Positions 26,031 through 37,780 of a stretch of 56,030 nucleotides of DNA are shown here, in pieces; within the stretch, counting starts at the first letter, position 1; each line of letters opens with the position of its first letter. The stretch lies in contig NW_021835374.1 of the NCBI RefSeq assembly GCF_006345805.1, positions 1-56,030 on the forward strand, in the 5' to 3' direction. A program made the translations under genes and the position numbers. The notes below the pieces were generated by a model that searched no databases, was not told the DNA's origin, and saw only the letters and a list, made by a program, of their open reading frames with translations. Origin of the DNA: Octopus sinensis (lineage: Eukaryota).

Positions 26031-26599
26031 GGATGGGGAAATGAAATAGAAGTTAGACTCAGCCGATGGTCGGAAGTGATACGACAAAAGAAACGGGAAG
26101 GAAGAGATGAGTTTACCATAACAATACTACTGTGTAGTGAAAGCTATGTTATATCCTAGACACTTGACATACTGCGTGTCATAGGCATTCAGAGGCCTGG
26201 ACAGGTTCGATTTCTCTGCAGGTCTCCAAATTAAAGATAGTGGATAACAGATTCGGGAGAGCGTCGGAGCAAAATACTGTTAGGTATTTGCTTATTTCTG
26301 CTTAAGATTTAGCTGATATCGATATCTTATCACGGGTTGATATTTTTTTTGTGTTTTCGCCCTTTGTTTTCGTGCGATCAATAAAATAAATAAGCACGAG
26401 TCTACCAGTTCTGATGGCCGACATGATAGACTATTCCGTTGACGATAGAATTCTCACTACAGTTACAATTTAATTCCTGTGAACAAAACTTGAGAGAAGA
26501 AATATTACACATCTGTGAAGAAGACATGAAGAAAAATAGGAAAATGATGATGAGGAGGAGGAAGAAGAAATGTATGTGGGTATGTACGTGTGTGTGTAT

Positions 26600-26632
<33 letters not shown>

Positions 26633-26666
26633 CACGGGTATACTCTCTTTTTCTTTCTCTCTCCTC

Positions 26667-26714
<48 letters not shown>

Positions 26715-27232
26715 GCACGCACACACATAATTACAAGCGTATTGCACGGCGCCGTAGAGCGGAAGCTACACTGTTAAAAAAGAGACTGACAGCCAGACAA
26801 CAGACAAAAAGACAGAGGGAGAGCGAGAGAGAGAAAGAGAGAGAGAGAGAACAGAGAGAAGAGCTAGAGAAAAGGAAGAGATAGCAATTTATGGTTGACA
26901 CTTGCTCATACAACACATTTTCGCTGTTCTTCTCTTCGCTCTGTTTTCGCATTCTTTTCTTTTCTTTTTTTTTTTAATTCTCTCCAGCGCGAACACTTAC
27001 AGAAAGAACTCTACTGCAATATAATTCATGCAACAGAAGATTAATGTTTGAGGCTGAAAATGAAATAGGTGGCTTCATGGCTTCATTAAATTGGTGTCAG
27101 TCGATGAAAACCCACGTTATTAGTGTTTTAATATTCTGTATGGTCTGTGATAAACTAGTTAGTAGTAGTAGTAGTAGTAGTTGTAGTAGTAGTAGTAGTA
27201 GTAGTAGTAGCAGCAGCAGCAGCACCAGCAGA

Positions 27233-27265
<33 letters not shown>

Positions 27266-27435
27266 GGTGATGGTGGTGGGAGAGAGGCGGATCGATAAAT
27301 GCTATTGTAACACTTTTACTTCAAGAAGACTCTCCTTTTTTGCATACTAGCATCGGTTCGTGTAGTGTTTCCAAATGTAATAATAGAGACTACTATTTTG
27401 ATCACAGTAAATTGCATGTTCGTGTACTACAACAT

Positions 27436-27479
<44 letters not shown>

Positions 27480-28010
27480 TAATAAATAAAATATATGCAT
27501 ACATACAAATATAGTACGTACCTACATCTACATGTATATATACATGCATATATAAATATATATACGTGAGTACAGGACACCACAAATAGACGTAGAACTC
27601 AACGAGAAACGAAAACGTAAAAACAAACGTGGAAACGGACCTAAACGAAAATAACAGAATACAAGACAAACTACACAAGGAAAAATCCCCTTCATCAGCT
27701 GTCCCTAGTTCAACTCCAGCGTGTTTCAAAGGTGGTGTGTGTGTGATATAATAAAAGGTACAAAAAAACATTAATTTTACCAATGGGTCAGCGCGGAAAT
27801 AAAAACTTTACAGGCAAATCTTGCAGTTATTATAATAACTATATGCATAATTATAACAAGGGATTGGCTATAAGCGTCCCGATTCAAGCCTAAAGTAAAA
27901 AAAAATTATATCTTTTATAAAGAATAAAAAGTTTTGAATGGTACAACAATGCACTATAATACAGACAATGGGCTATTTACCTGTTGTAATTGAGTCATCC
28001 ATAGTCTGAT

Positions 28011-28045
28011 ATAATATTTCAGAATAATATTCCTTCTTCAGATAT
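28011..28045 (-). ncRNA. Candidate ultra-minimal hammerhead (1-bp stem III)
   Basis: Minus strand: AUAU-CUGAAGA-A-GGAAU-AUU-AUUCU-GAAA-UU-AUAU. A second HHR-like 3' half (gggaaaccgattatagc) lies just upstream on the same strand. Confidence 0.4.
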
Positions 28046-28302
28046 TCTTAGATGGAGTCACTGCTATAATCGGTTTCCCAACGGCTTTTCTTTTTTAAAT
28101 AAATAAATAAATAAAGAAAGAAATTTCTTTCTTTATTTCTTTCTTTATTTTTTACCTACTGCTATCTTCAGCAACGTTACTCCGTAGCATAAATTCACGA
28201 AAGCAGTAGGTATAATAATTTTTACCTTAAGCTTGGAACGGGAGCTTGTTACAATTATGTTTATAATTATTATAATGTGTATGTATATATATTTTTTCTT
28301 TT

Positions 28303-28675
28303 CTTTCTTTTACTTGTTTCAGTCATTTGACTGCGGCCATGCTGGAGCACCGCCTTTAATCCAGCAACTCGACCCCGGGACTTATTCTTTTGTAAGCTCA
28401 ATACTTATTCTAAGTAACGGGGACATAAACACTCCAGCATCGGTTGTCAAGCAATGCTAGGAGGACAAACACAGACACAAACACACACACGCATATATAT
28501 ATACATATATACGACGGGCTTCTTTCAGTTTCCGTCTATCAAATCCACTCACAAGGCTTTGGTCGGCCCGAGGCTATAGTAGAAGACACTTGCCCAAGGT
28601 GCCACGCAGTGGGACTGAACCCGGAACCATGTGGTTGGTAAACAAGCTACCTACCACACAGCCACTCCTGCGCCT
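28303..28675 (-). mobile_element. Family A SINE, full-length
   Basis: Reverse complement of the family A consensus from the tail (tcttttacttgtttcagtc) to the head (accacacagccactcctgcgcct). Confidence 0.92.
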
Positions 28676-29175
28676 ATATATATATATATGTTTGGATGCA
28701 TGTATATAATTATATTTCTATGCATATGTATGTACGGACTAAATTTATAAAACAATAATTACTTATTTCACGAACAGAAATATTTGTCGGTAGTGAATAT
28801 ATTCATTAATATAAACTGTATAAATATCAGTGTGTTTCCTTGATTCTAAATTACTTGTAGGATAGAGGACTTACTCTGAAGAATTCTGTGATTATAGGAA
28901 AACAAACCAGTTACGTTTAACATATGTTAAGATATATTTGGTTTAATACAGAACACAGATGCGCATAAAGACATATACATACAAACATATATGCACACAT
29001 ACACACACACATACACACATATATATGTACATATATACAAACATATATAAACATATGTACATATGTATATCTATTATATATGATTATATAATATATATAC
29101 ATATATATATACATTTATATAAGTATATATGTTGTATATATATAATCTATATATATATATATATATATATGATAT

Positions 29176-29212
<37 letters not shown>

Positions 29213-29259
29213 GCTAGCCACTACACATTCTTTATTTTTTTCTCCCTGTTTCTGTGTTA

Positions 29260-29295
29260 CTTTCTGTGGAAGAGCGTAGGCTCGAAATGTTAAAG
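29260..29295 (+). ncRNA. A6U-core minimal hammerhead motif
   Basis: CUUU-CUGUGGA-A-GAGC-GUAG-GCUC-GAAAU-GUU-AAAG. Confidence 0.55.
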
Positions 29296-29772
29296 ACTTT
29301 CTCATTTCCCGAGCGTTAAACTAATACATATGTTTGTTGTCTACACCATATATATACGATGTGATGATGCGACAAACAAATTCCCTCATAAACCCAATTT
29401 TAACAAAACAACAATAGCTACAAACATCCGTATCCAGATCTTGTTACCGTATTCAATGGAAATATTATTTGATTATCGCAGAAAAAAAAAAACAGTCAAT
29501 CAAGAAAAACAAAATTATCAACCATTCAACAGGCGCCAATTCAAACCAATCAACAGACAATAAGAGAATGTTCCCTCATTAAATGATGACTTTTATCATA
29601 AATTCTTAATCGGTACGTAATGCTTTTTTTATAAGCAATACTACAGGTACAAGATCGATTTTCTGGAACCTTTCGGTCCACATGCTCTCCGGATTGCTGA
29701 TTTTTGTGAACCAAGAGTGGTTACCTTGGTCAACACATTCTACATTAAACACATTAAATTTTATTAAATATA

Positions 29773-29934
29773 GGCGTAGGAGTGGCAGTGTTACCGGTAA
29801 GTAGCTTGCTTCCCAACAACATGGGTTCAGTCCCACTGCGTGGCATTTTGGGCAAGTGTCTTCTACTATAGCCGCGGGCCGACCAAAGCCTTGTGAGTGG
29901 ATTTGGTAGACGGAAACTGAAAGAAGCACGTCGT
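29773..29934 (+). mobile_element. Family A SINE 5' half (its 3' half is probably 31419-31637)
   Basis: Head plus CORE-like segment ending gaagcacgtcgtatat, at the position where the internal microsatellite starts. Confidence 0.88.
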
Positions 29935-29970
29935 ATATATAAGTAATGTATATATATATATATATAATAT

Positions 29971-30025
<55 letters not shown>

Positions 30026-30036
30026 TATATAATATA

Positions 30037-30424
30037 CTAGCATTATCGCCCGGCGTTGCTCGGGTTTGTAAGGAATAACTATATAAGCATTTTTAGAGAG
30101 TTATAGCCCAAAAATAGCAAAAATGCATTAAAAATTGAAAAAAAATTAAGGTAAATTTTTTTTAAATCGTTGACACATCGTAGATATTTTTAGAGAGTTA
30201 CTTCCCTATATAAAAGCGAAAAAAATGCATTAAAATGGAAAAATATGATGGTAAATTTTTTTTAAATCGTAGACTCATCGTAGACGCACGCTAATACCCA
30301 GAAGGGCTCGATATGAATCACGACTATAAGATACCCGCTTTTGGTTAAACTGCCCGCAAAATGTGGGAGTAGTTAGAATCTAAATCGTAGGAGACAGACA
30401 CACAACTTCACTCTTATATAAAGA
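30037..30424 (-). mobile_element. Non-autonomous Helitron-like element, second subfamily
   Basis: Same 3' terminus (gcaacgccgggcgataatg-CTAG|T) as 18124-18490 but a different 5' part starting A|TCTTTATATAAGAG. Confidence 0.75.
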
Positions 30425-30829
30425 TGCTTTTTTTTCTCAGTCATAGAGTTAGATTTATGAAGGTCTTCAGTAGAAAATCCTTCGAATTCTGACTCGCTGC
30501 TTGATATAATGAAATTCGTATCCATTTTTTGTCAGAATTACAAATTTTGAAACCACAATAGGAAATGATAAAATAAAAACCCATTTACCTTTTCTGTCCG
30601 TCCGTGTGTCTTTGCAAATGTGTTGGAATGATAAGTGAGTTGTGATTTGGCGCCTTTTTTACTAATAACAAACACACGTGTTTGTATGTAGTTGTATGTG
30701 TATGTGTTGTATGTAGTTGTATAGTATGTGTATGCGTGGTGTGTGAGGAATGAACACACAACACTCACGCACGCACACATGTACATCATGCTTTCGGAGT
30801 GATATGTTAACATATTGAGTTTTCTCGAA

Positions 30830-31286
30830 TTTTGTCTTAATTGGTGGTAAAATTGAAAGAAATTTTTATGGCATCACCCTGAAGTACTCTGAAAAATCTT
30901 AGGTAAACTCTAATTGAAAAATTGTGTATTTATTTGTTTCTGTTTGCTGTGTTTTTTTATTTTTTGAGTAGTGGTTTAAATACTTTCACTTTAGTCTACC
31001 TCAAATCACTCTGTCGCTATTTACTTTCATTTTATTCGTCGCACACTGTGTGTGTGCGTTTGCGTGTGTGGTGTAAACCAGACTAAGAAAAGCATTTGAC
31101 ACACACACCAAATGTGAGTTTTCTGTAAATTTTACTTAATTGGAGTTTAAATTTTAAAAACTGGACCTGGCATGACGCGATGCATTGTACTCTTAAAATG
31201 CTAGGTAAATTGTAATTGAAGAAATCCTATATTGTAGATTTCTATAACTCCCAAAGGGAGGCAGATAAAATCTGCCTTTTATAATA

Positions 31287-31289
<3 letters not shown>
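30830..31289 (-). mobile_element. Possible truncated Helitron-like element with internal ~280-bp duplication
   Basis: Minus-strand 5' end A|TCTTATTATAAAAGGCAGATTTTATCTGCC (hairpin). ~30815-30940 is similar to ~31105-31240. No CTAG end found. Confidence 0.4.
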
Positions 31290-31337
<48 letters not shown>

Positions 31338-31418
31338 TATCATATATATATATAATATATATATCTATATATATATATATTTCTATATATATGTGTGTGT
31401 GTGTGTGTGTGTTTTTAT

Positions 31419-31637
31419 GTTCGTGTGTCTGTGTTTGCCCCCCCAACATCACTTGACAACCTATGCTGGTGTGTTTACGTCCCCGTAACTTAGCGGTTCG
31501 GCAAAAGAGACCGATATAATAAGTACTAGGCTTACAAAGAATAAGTCCTGGGATCCATTTGCTCGACTAAAGGCGGCACTCCAGCATGGCCACAGTCAAA
31601 TGACTGAAACAAGAAAACGAGTAAAAGAGAGTAAGAG
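31419..31637 (+). mobile_element. Family A SINE 3' half
   Basis: gtgtgtctgtgtttgccccccc aacatcacttgacaacc..gcactccagcatggccacagtcaaatgactgaaacaag. Confidence 0.88.
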
Positions 31638-31716
31638 CGAGCAATTGAAATGCAGTTTCCTGTACATTATTAGATATGATACAAATTAATCGATATTGTA
31701 CTGTGTAAGGTAATGA

Positions 31717-32035
31717 CCGGCACTCCGTCGCTTACGACGAAGATGGTTCTAATTGATCCGATCAACGGAAGAGCCTGCTCATGAAATTAACGTGCAAGTG
31801 GTTGAACATTCCACAGACCCGCATGCCATTATAGTAGTTTTCAGGGAGATTCAACATGACATAAAATGTAACAAGGCTGGCCCTGAGAAATACAGGTGCT
31901 GCTAATTTTTGCCAGCTGAGTGGACTTAAGCAACGTGAACTAAATACCTTGCTCAAGGACACGATGCACCGCTTGGAAATCGAACTCAGAACCTTACAAT
32001 CCTGAGCAGAATACCTTAACCACTAAGCCACGTGC
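31717..32035 (-). mobile_element. Family E SINE with a different (LINE-like) tail
   Basis: Minus-strand head gcacgtggcttagtggttaagg..gagttcgatttcc, then gtgtccttgagcaagg..ccactcagctggcaaaaa, tail ..gcaggctcttccgttgatcggatc..acggagtgcc. Confidence 0.8.
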
Positions 32036-32231
32036 AAGGCGAACTAATCGATTTGCTCGACTATAAAGGCGGGTGCTCCAGCATGGCCACAGTCAAATGA
32101 CTGAAACAAGTAAAAGAGTAAGAGTACCCGATGTACAAAATTTAATCGTCCGTATCCAGACAAGAAACAATGGTTTTGAACTCACCACTCCTAAGTTTGT
32201 AACATCCCTGTGCTATATTTCCCAATTAGCT

Positions 32232-33621
32232 ATTTCTCATTTCTTTATTGCCCACAAGGGGATAAACATAGAGGGGACAAACAAGGACAGACAAAGGGTT
32301 TAAGTCGATTATATCGACCCCAGAGCGTAACTGGTACTTATTTAATCGACCCCGAAAGGATGAAAGGCAATGTCGACCTCGGCGGAATTTGAACTCAGAA
32401 CGTAACGGCAGACGAAATTGCGCTAAGCATTTCGACCGGCGTGATAACGTTTCTTATTTCTTTACTGCCCACAAAGGGTTAAACATAGAGGGGACAAACA
32501 AGGACAGACAACGGGTTTAAGTCAATTATATCGACCCCAGTGCGTAACTGGTACTTAATTTATCGACCCCGAAAGGATGAAAGGCACTGTCGACCTCGAC
32601 GGAATTTGAACCCAGAAAGTAACGGCAGACGAAATACCTATTTCTTTACTACCCACAAGGGGCTAAACACAGAGGAGACGAACAAGGACAGACAAACGGA
32701 TTAAATCGATTATATCGACCACAGTGCGTAACTGGTACTTGTTTAATCGACCCCGAAAGGATGAAAGGTAAAGTCGACCTCGGCGGAATTTGAACTCAGA
32801 ACGTAACGACAGACGAAATACCGCTAAGCATTTCGCCCGGCCTGCTAACGTTTCTTATTTCTTTACTGCCCACAAGGGGCTAAACATAGAGGTGACAAAC
32901 GGATTATATCGACCCCAGTGCATAACTGGTACTTAATTTATCGACCCCGAAAGGATGAAAGGCAATGTCCACTTCGGCGGAATTTGAACTCAGAACGTAA
33001 CGCCAGACGAAATACCTATTTCTTTACTACCCACAATGGGCTAAACACAGAGGGGACAAACACGGACAGACAAACGGATTAATTCGATTACATCGACCCC
33101 AGTGCGTAACTGGTAGTTATTGAATCGACCCCGAAAGGATGAAAGGTAAGTCGACCTCGGCGGAATTTGAACTCAGAACGTAACGACAGACGAAATACCG
33201 CTAAGCATTTCGCCCGGCCTGCTAACGTTTCTTATTTCTTTACTGCCCACAAGGGGCTAAACATAGAGGTGACAAACGGATTATATCGACCCCAGTGCAT
33301 AACTGGTACTTAATTTATCGACCCCGAAAGGATGAAAGGCAATGTCCACTTCGGCGGAATTTGAACTCAGAACGTAACGCCAGACGAAATACCTATTTCT
33401 TTACTACCCACAATGGGATAAACACAGAGGGGACAAACACGGACAGACAAACGGATTAATTCGATTACATCGACCCCAGTGCGTAACTGGTACTTATTGA
33501 ATCGACCCCGAAAGGATGAAAGGCAAAGTCGACCTCGGCGGAATTTGAACTCAGAACGTAACGGCAGACGAAATACCGCTAAGCATTTCGCCCGGCGTGC
33601 TAACGTTTCCGCCAGCTCGCC
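32232..33621 (-). mobile_element. Head-to-tail concatemer of 7 family B SINE units
   Basis: Seven repeats of ..cgaccccgaaaggatgaaagg..gaatttgaactcagaacg..; only the last unit (~33392-33621) has a complete head (minus strand ggcgagctggcggaaacgttagc..gagttcaaattcc). The central domain gtcgactttgcctttcatcctttcggggtcg resembles the Meta/Sauria-type core (from memory). Confidence 0.92.
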
Positions 33622-34679
33622 AAGCGCGTCAACGCTGTGTGTATGAGAAAAAAACTCAAGCGCCAGTGATATACAAACAATTTCAACTCATGCATACACA
33701 AAACATAATTGGTGTCTTGTTGCTGGACGCTCCGCTTGTCTACTGCAATCTTCACTTTCATTAAGTGGCGTTTTCATTTTCTAGTCGTTTTGTTATCGAT
33801 GCTGCCTGATTTGTCATCCATTGTAATCTCCATTAAAATCCTTTTAACTCCTTTACACTTTCCACCTCAACCACTTTAAATTAACCACGTTATAATAAGC
33901 CGATTACAAGTGGATTATACCAGGTGGCGTTGATCTCCTGGCCATAATAACTTTCAATGGCGCCAGTTTATTAATGACCTAAACTTTACGCTTGGTTTAA
34001 CTTTCATACAAACTAAATCTTGGTAGCAATACCAATTTAGCACAAGGAGACACGTTTATAGATTGGGGTTCTTTCTAAGGCCTTTTCTGATAATTACGTT
34101 TCTCATAATAACTAAGGACAACAAAGATAATGAGGACGGGAATAACAAAGACGACTAGCAATAACTACAGCTGCTATTATTGTCTCTGAGATAAATCCTA
34201 TTTCATAAACATTGTCTGTTTGCTTGTCTTTCTTCTGTATATGTAAACGCGTATTGTGGCGGTTCTTTCTGAGCTTCGACAGCCACACATACTCACACAT
34301 ACACACAAACACTCGCGCACACATACATACATATGTACGTAGGTACGTACATGCACACTCAGACACGCATTTACGGTGTAAAGGCAAAATTATAGAACTT
34401 TTAACAAGATGGCCGACAGACCACGGTTTAAGCGTTTCAGACGACGACAATAACAATGAAACAGCTTGCTGGTTAGTCTCAACATTTATTGCTGTTGCTG
34501 TTATTATCGTTGTTGTTAATTTTGTTGTTGCTACTGCGGGTGCGGCGGCGGCTTCTTCTTCTTCTTCTTCTTCTTCTTTTTCTTCTTCTTCTTCTTCTTC
34601 TTCTTCTTCTTCAATCAGGACTCACCCCGTTAGCCACAAAAAATAATCTCTAATTCGAACCTACTCTAAGCTTCTAAGA

Positions 34680-35062
34680 AGATCCACCCACCACACGCGA
34701 TAGACTGGCGAAAGCTACGTTGTTATCCTCATTCCGTAAACGGTGGCTTTTTAACGGGTGGAGAGCTGAACCATCCTGGGGTACAGAGGATTCGCAATCT
34801 AGACTAGGGTCTGAAAGTTTACCACAACATAGTGGGTTACACCATAGTTCCTCTGCTTTGTGGCAAAAGTAGGAAGAAAATGTGAGAGAAAGTTGTGGCG
34901 AAAGAGTACAGCGTGGATCAACCACCCCCTTCCCCGTTGGAGCCTCGTGGAGCTTAGGTGTTTTTTGCTCAATAAAAGCTCACAATCCCCGGTCTTGGAA
35001 TTGAAACTGCGTTCTTACAACCGCGAGTTCGCTGCTCTAACCACTGGACCATCGCGTCTCCA
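34680..35062 (-). mobile_element. Family D SINE with a distinct tail
   Basis: Head (reverse) ctctaaccactggaccatcgcgtctcc and body gagagaaagttgtggcgaaagag; the tail at ~34680-34860 differs from the other D copies. Confidence 0.75.
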
Positions 35063-35067
35063 CTCTG

Positions 35068-35299
35068 TATTTCTTAACTATCCACAAGGGGCCAAACATA
35101 GAGGAGACAAACAAGGACAGATAAACGGATTAAGTCGATTACATCGACTCCCAGTGCGTAACTGGTACTTAATTTATCGACCCCGAAAGGATGAAAGGCA
35201 AAGTCAACCTCGGCGGAATTTGAACTCAGAATGTAACGGCAGACGAAATACGGCTACGCATTTCGCCCGGCGTGCTAACGATTCTGCCAGCTCGCCGCC
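35068..35299 (-). mobile_element. Family B SINE, single full-length copy
   Basis: tatttcttaactatccacaagggg..cgaccccgaaaggatgaaagg..gattctgccagctcgccgcc. Confidence 0.9.
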
Positions 35300-35397
35300 C
35301 TCTCCACTCCGGCTGCTGCTTACCCTGAGGATGTTACTTCTTCCCCTGTACGTATTGCCTATGCGGTTGCCGATGTTGGTGCGGATGCTTCTGCCCC

Positions 35398-35645
35398 TGC
35401 AGCCACTGCTGTTGCTGCCGCTACGACTGGCGCTGCTGCGGCCACTGCTGCTACAGCCACTACTGCTGCGACCACTGCTGCTATAGCCACTGCTGCTACG
35501 GCCTCTGCTTCTGCGGCCACTGCTGCTGCGGCCACTGCTGCTGCGGCCACTGCAGCTGCAGCCACTGCTGTTGCGGCCACTGCTGCTGCGGCCACTGTTG
35601 TTGCGGCCACTGCTGCTGCGGTTACTATTGCTGCGGCTGCCGCTG
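35398..35645. repeat. GC-rich 15-bp minisatellite (gcggccactgctgct)n, ~16 degenerate units
   Basis: Direct inspection. Confidence 0.88.
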
Positions 35646-36365
35646 TTTACTCCCTCGCTGATCCTGTCCAAGCTGAAGAGTACGATTATCAAAAATCTTC
35701 CAGCAATGGCCAGCCTTTAATTTCGAATGTCTATAACTTTACTGGTCGTGTCTTTCAGAGAGAGGCTATATTTAAGGGAATTTTGTTGCTACTTCTAGTA
35801 GGACGACAACCATATAAAGGTTCCCCCCATTGGAAAAGTTGTGAATTTAAACTATGAGATCCAGGTTATGAGAATGAATCAAGTGGTCGGACGACAAACC
35901 GAGAGGTCGACTGTTCACATCATGTTAGAAGCACCACGTTGTTGTCACAAGACGCTAGACTATCCTCGAGTCAGAGGACCTAGCTGTGAAAAGGCAACTG
36001 GTGGGAAGGAATAGTTCACTGCCACGGGGCCCGCTGTAGCAACAAACTTTAAAATACACTAATTAATGAAATATCATCAGTCTGCTAGAAAAAGCTGTCG
36101 GATCTCACTCCAAATCACACACTATCGTTAAACTGTACGACGTTTGTATAACGATTAAGTCCTAGATTCATTGTACTTGAAAGTGTGAGAATCCATGGGG
36201 TAGTGGTAAGGGCGTTGCATTCACGTTCACGAGATCGTGGTTTCAATTCCTAGAGCGGGTGGGGCATTGTGTTTTTGAGGAAAAAAACTTTATCTCGTGT
36301 TGTTCTGTGATCATTTCGATATCTGATGTGTGGCGCGCCGTGTACAAGTTCAGGTAACATCATTA

Positions 36366-36502
36366 GCGGTTCGTCAATAGAGACCGATAGAATAAGTAAT
36401 GGGCTTACAAAGAATAAGTCCCGGGGTCGACTTGCTCGACTAAAGGCGGTGCTCCAGCATAGCCGCAGTCAAATAACTGAAACAAGTAAAAGAGTAAAGA
36501 GA
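36366..36502 (+). mobile_element. Family A SINE 3' fragment, preceded by a diverged tRNA-like head at ~36195-36300
   Basis: agcggttcgtcaatagagaccgatag..ggcggtgctccagcatagccgcagtcaaataactgaaacaagtaaaagag. Confidence 0.8.
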
Positions 36503-36541
36503 GTATACCTCGGGAAGGCCAATTTATTTTATTTTATATAT

Positions 36542-36748
36542 TTGTTCCTCACTTCAGATTTATTGCTGTTCTTCTTTTGCGTCCTTTGTCTGGAAATCTT
36601 TCGTCAGACATCCTGTGAGCTGGATTAAACGAAAGAGAAGACACGTAGGAGGGAGAATCGCTGAAGAGGTCACAGATTGCATGATGAAAGATTTCCAGAC
36701 AATGCACTTAGAATTAAAAGCAAAAATAAACCTGAAGTGAGGAACGAA
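36542..36748. repeat. Imperfect ~200-bp fold-back inverted repeat
   Basis: gttcctcacttcagatttatt pairs with aataaacctgaagtgaggaac, and ttgtctggaaatctttcgtca pairs with tgatgaaagatttccagacaa. Confidence 0.75.
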
Positions 36749-36825
36749 TATGTAGTGCGTGTGTGTGTGTGTGTAAAACACGCACACACGCACACACGCA
36801 TTCGCACACATACACACACACACAG

Positions 36826-36862
<37 letters not shown>

Positions 36863-37432
36863 ACACACACACACACACACATATATGCGTGTTTTTTAAT
36901 TATTTTAAATCGATACAGATAACGGGTTTTAACAGCGAATGCATACATAGTCTTCATGTAACATGGAATTGGTAAATTGAGTGTGAATAGGACGGACGTA
37001 GCTACATTGAAATTCTTTCCAAATAGAGTGGCGCCCACCATCTTGGAAAGTCTTCATGAATTATTAACCAATTCCAAACCGTACCTAATGCTTGTCGCCT
37101 CATCTCCAACATATTATTTCTGGAAGCCAGAAGATCAGAGAGGAAGGCAAACAAAGAGAGAAAGACAGGGTAAGTCTGATTAAGAGAGCGACATACAGAA
37201 AGAGAGCGAGAGAGAGAGAGACAGAGATAGAAAGAGAGAAATAGAGAGATATAGACAGAGAGAGAGACATAGTCAGAGAGAGAGAGAGAGACATAGAAAG
37301 AGGGGGAGAGAGAGACCCAAAAAGTCATGTGCTTCTCTGTACATGAGTGCTGTTCTGTGTGTGCGTGTGTTTGTAGATTAAGCACTATAACAAGTAGTAA
37401 CAATTTGTATGTGTTTTGTATGGTGTGTACAT

Positions 37433-37481
<49 letters not shown>

Positions 37482-37504
37482 TGTGTGAATATGTGTATAT
37501 TTTT

Positions 37505-37768
37505 ATTTCTTTATTGTCCACAGGCGGCTAATCATAAAGGAGACAAACAAGGACAGACGAAGGAATTAAGTCGATTACATAGACCCCAGTACGTAACTGA
37601 TACTTTATTTATCGACCCCAAAAGGATAAAAGGCAAAGTCGACATCGGCGGGATTTGAACTCAGAACATAACGGCAGGCGAAATATATATTTCTTTACTA
37701 CCCACAGGGGGCTAAACACCGAGGGGACAAACAAGGAGAGACAAACGGATTAAGTCGATTATAGCGAC
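37505..37768 (-). mobile_element. Family B SINE, 1.5 tandem units
   Basis: One head-truncated unit (~37505-37685) plus a tail-only unit (~37688-37768). Confidence 0.85.
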
Positions 37769-37780
37769 ACATATTCATAA

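Noticed and set aside
26940-27080. Strong polypyrimidine/AG acceptor at ~26988 and possible micro-exons nearby
   Set aside because: Such signals are common in T/CT-rich DNA, and no coherent open exon chain was found.
27530-27735. GAAAC..CUGAUGA-AGGGG segments (minus strand; similar at 22530-22585 plus and ~55020-55050 minus) as type II hammerheads
   Set aside because: Probably PLE terminal remnants, but I could not close stems I and III in any copy.
29647-29766. Protein-like frame YKIDFLEPFGPHALRIADFCEPRVVTLVNTFY after an AG
   Set aside because: No recognisable homology, weak pyrimidine tract and no convincing donor; would need RNA-seq or BLASTX.
32232-33621. CRISPR-like or tRNA-cluster appearance of the regular array
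   Set aside because: The units are ~160-230 bp SINE monomers with no unique spacers; eukaryotic context with no cas genes.
36655-36700. CUGAAGA..GAAA hammerhead-like arrangement
   Set aside because: Stem I pairing leaves no stem III or UH site; better explained as part of the 36542-36748 hairpin.
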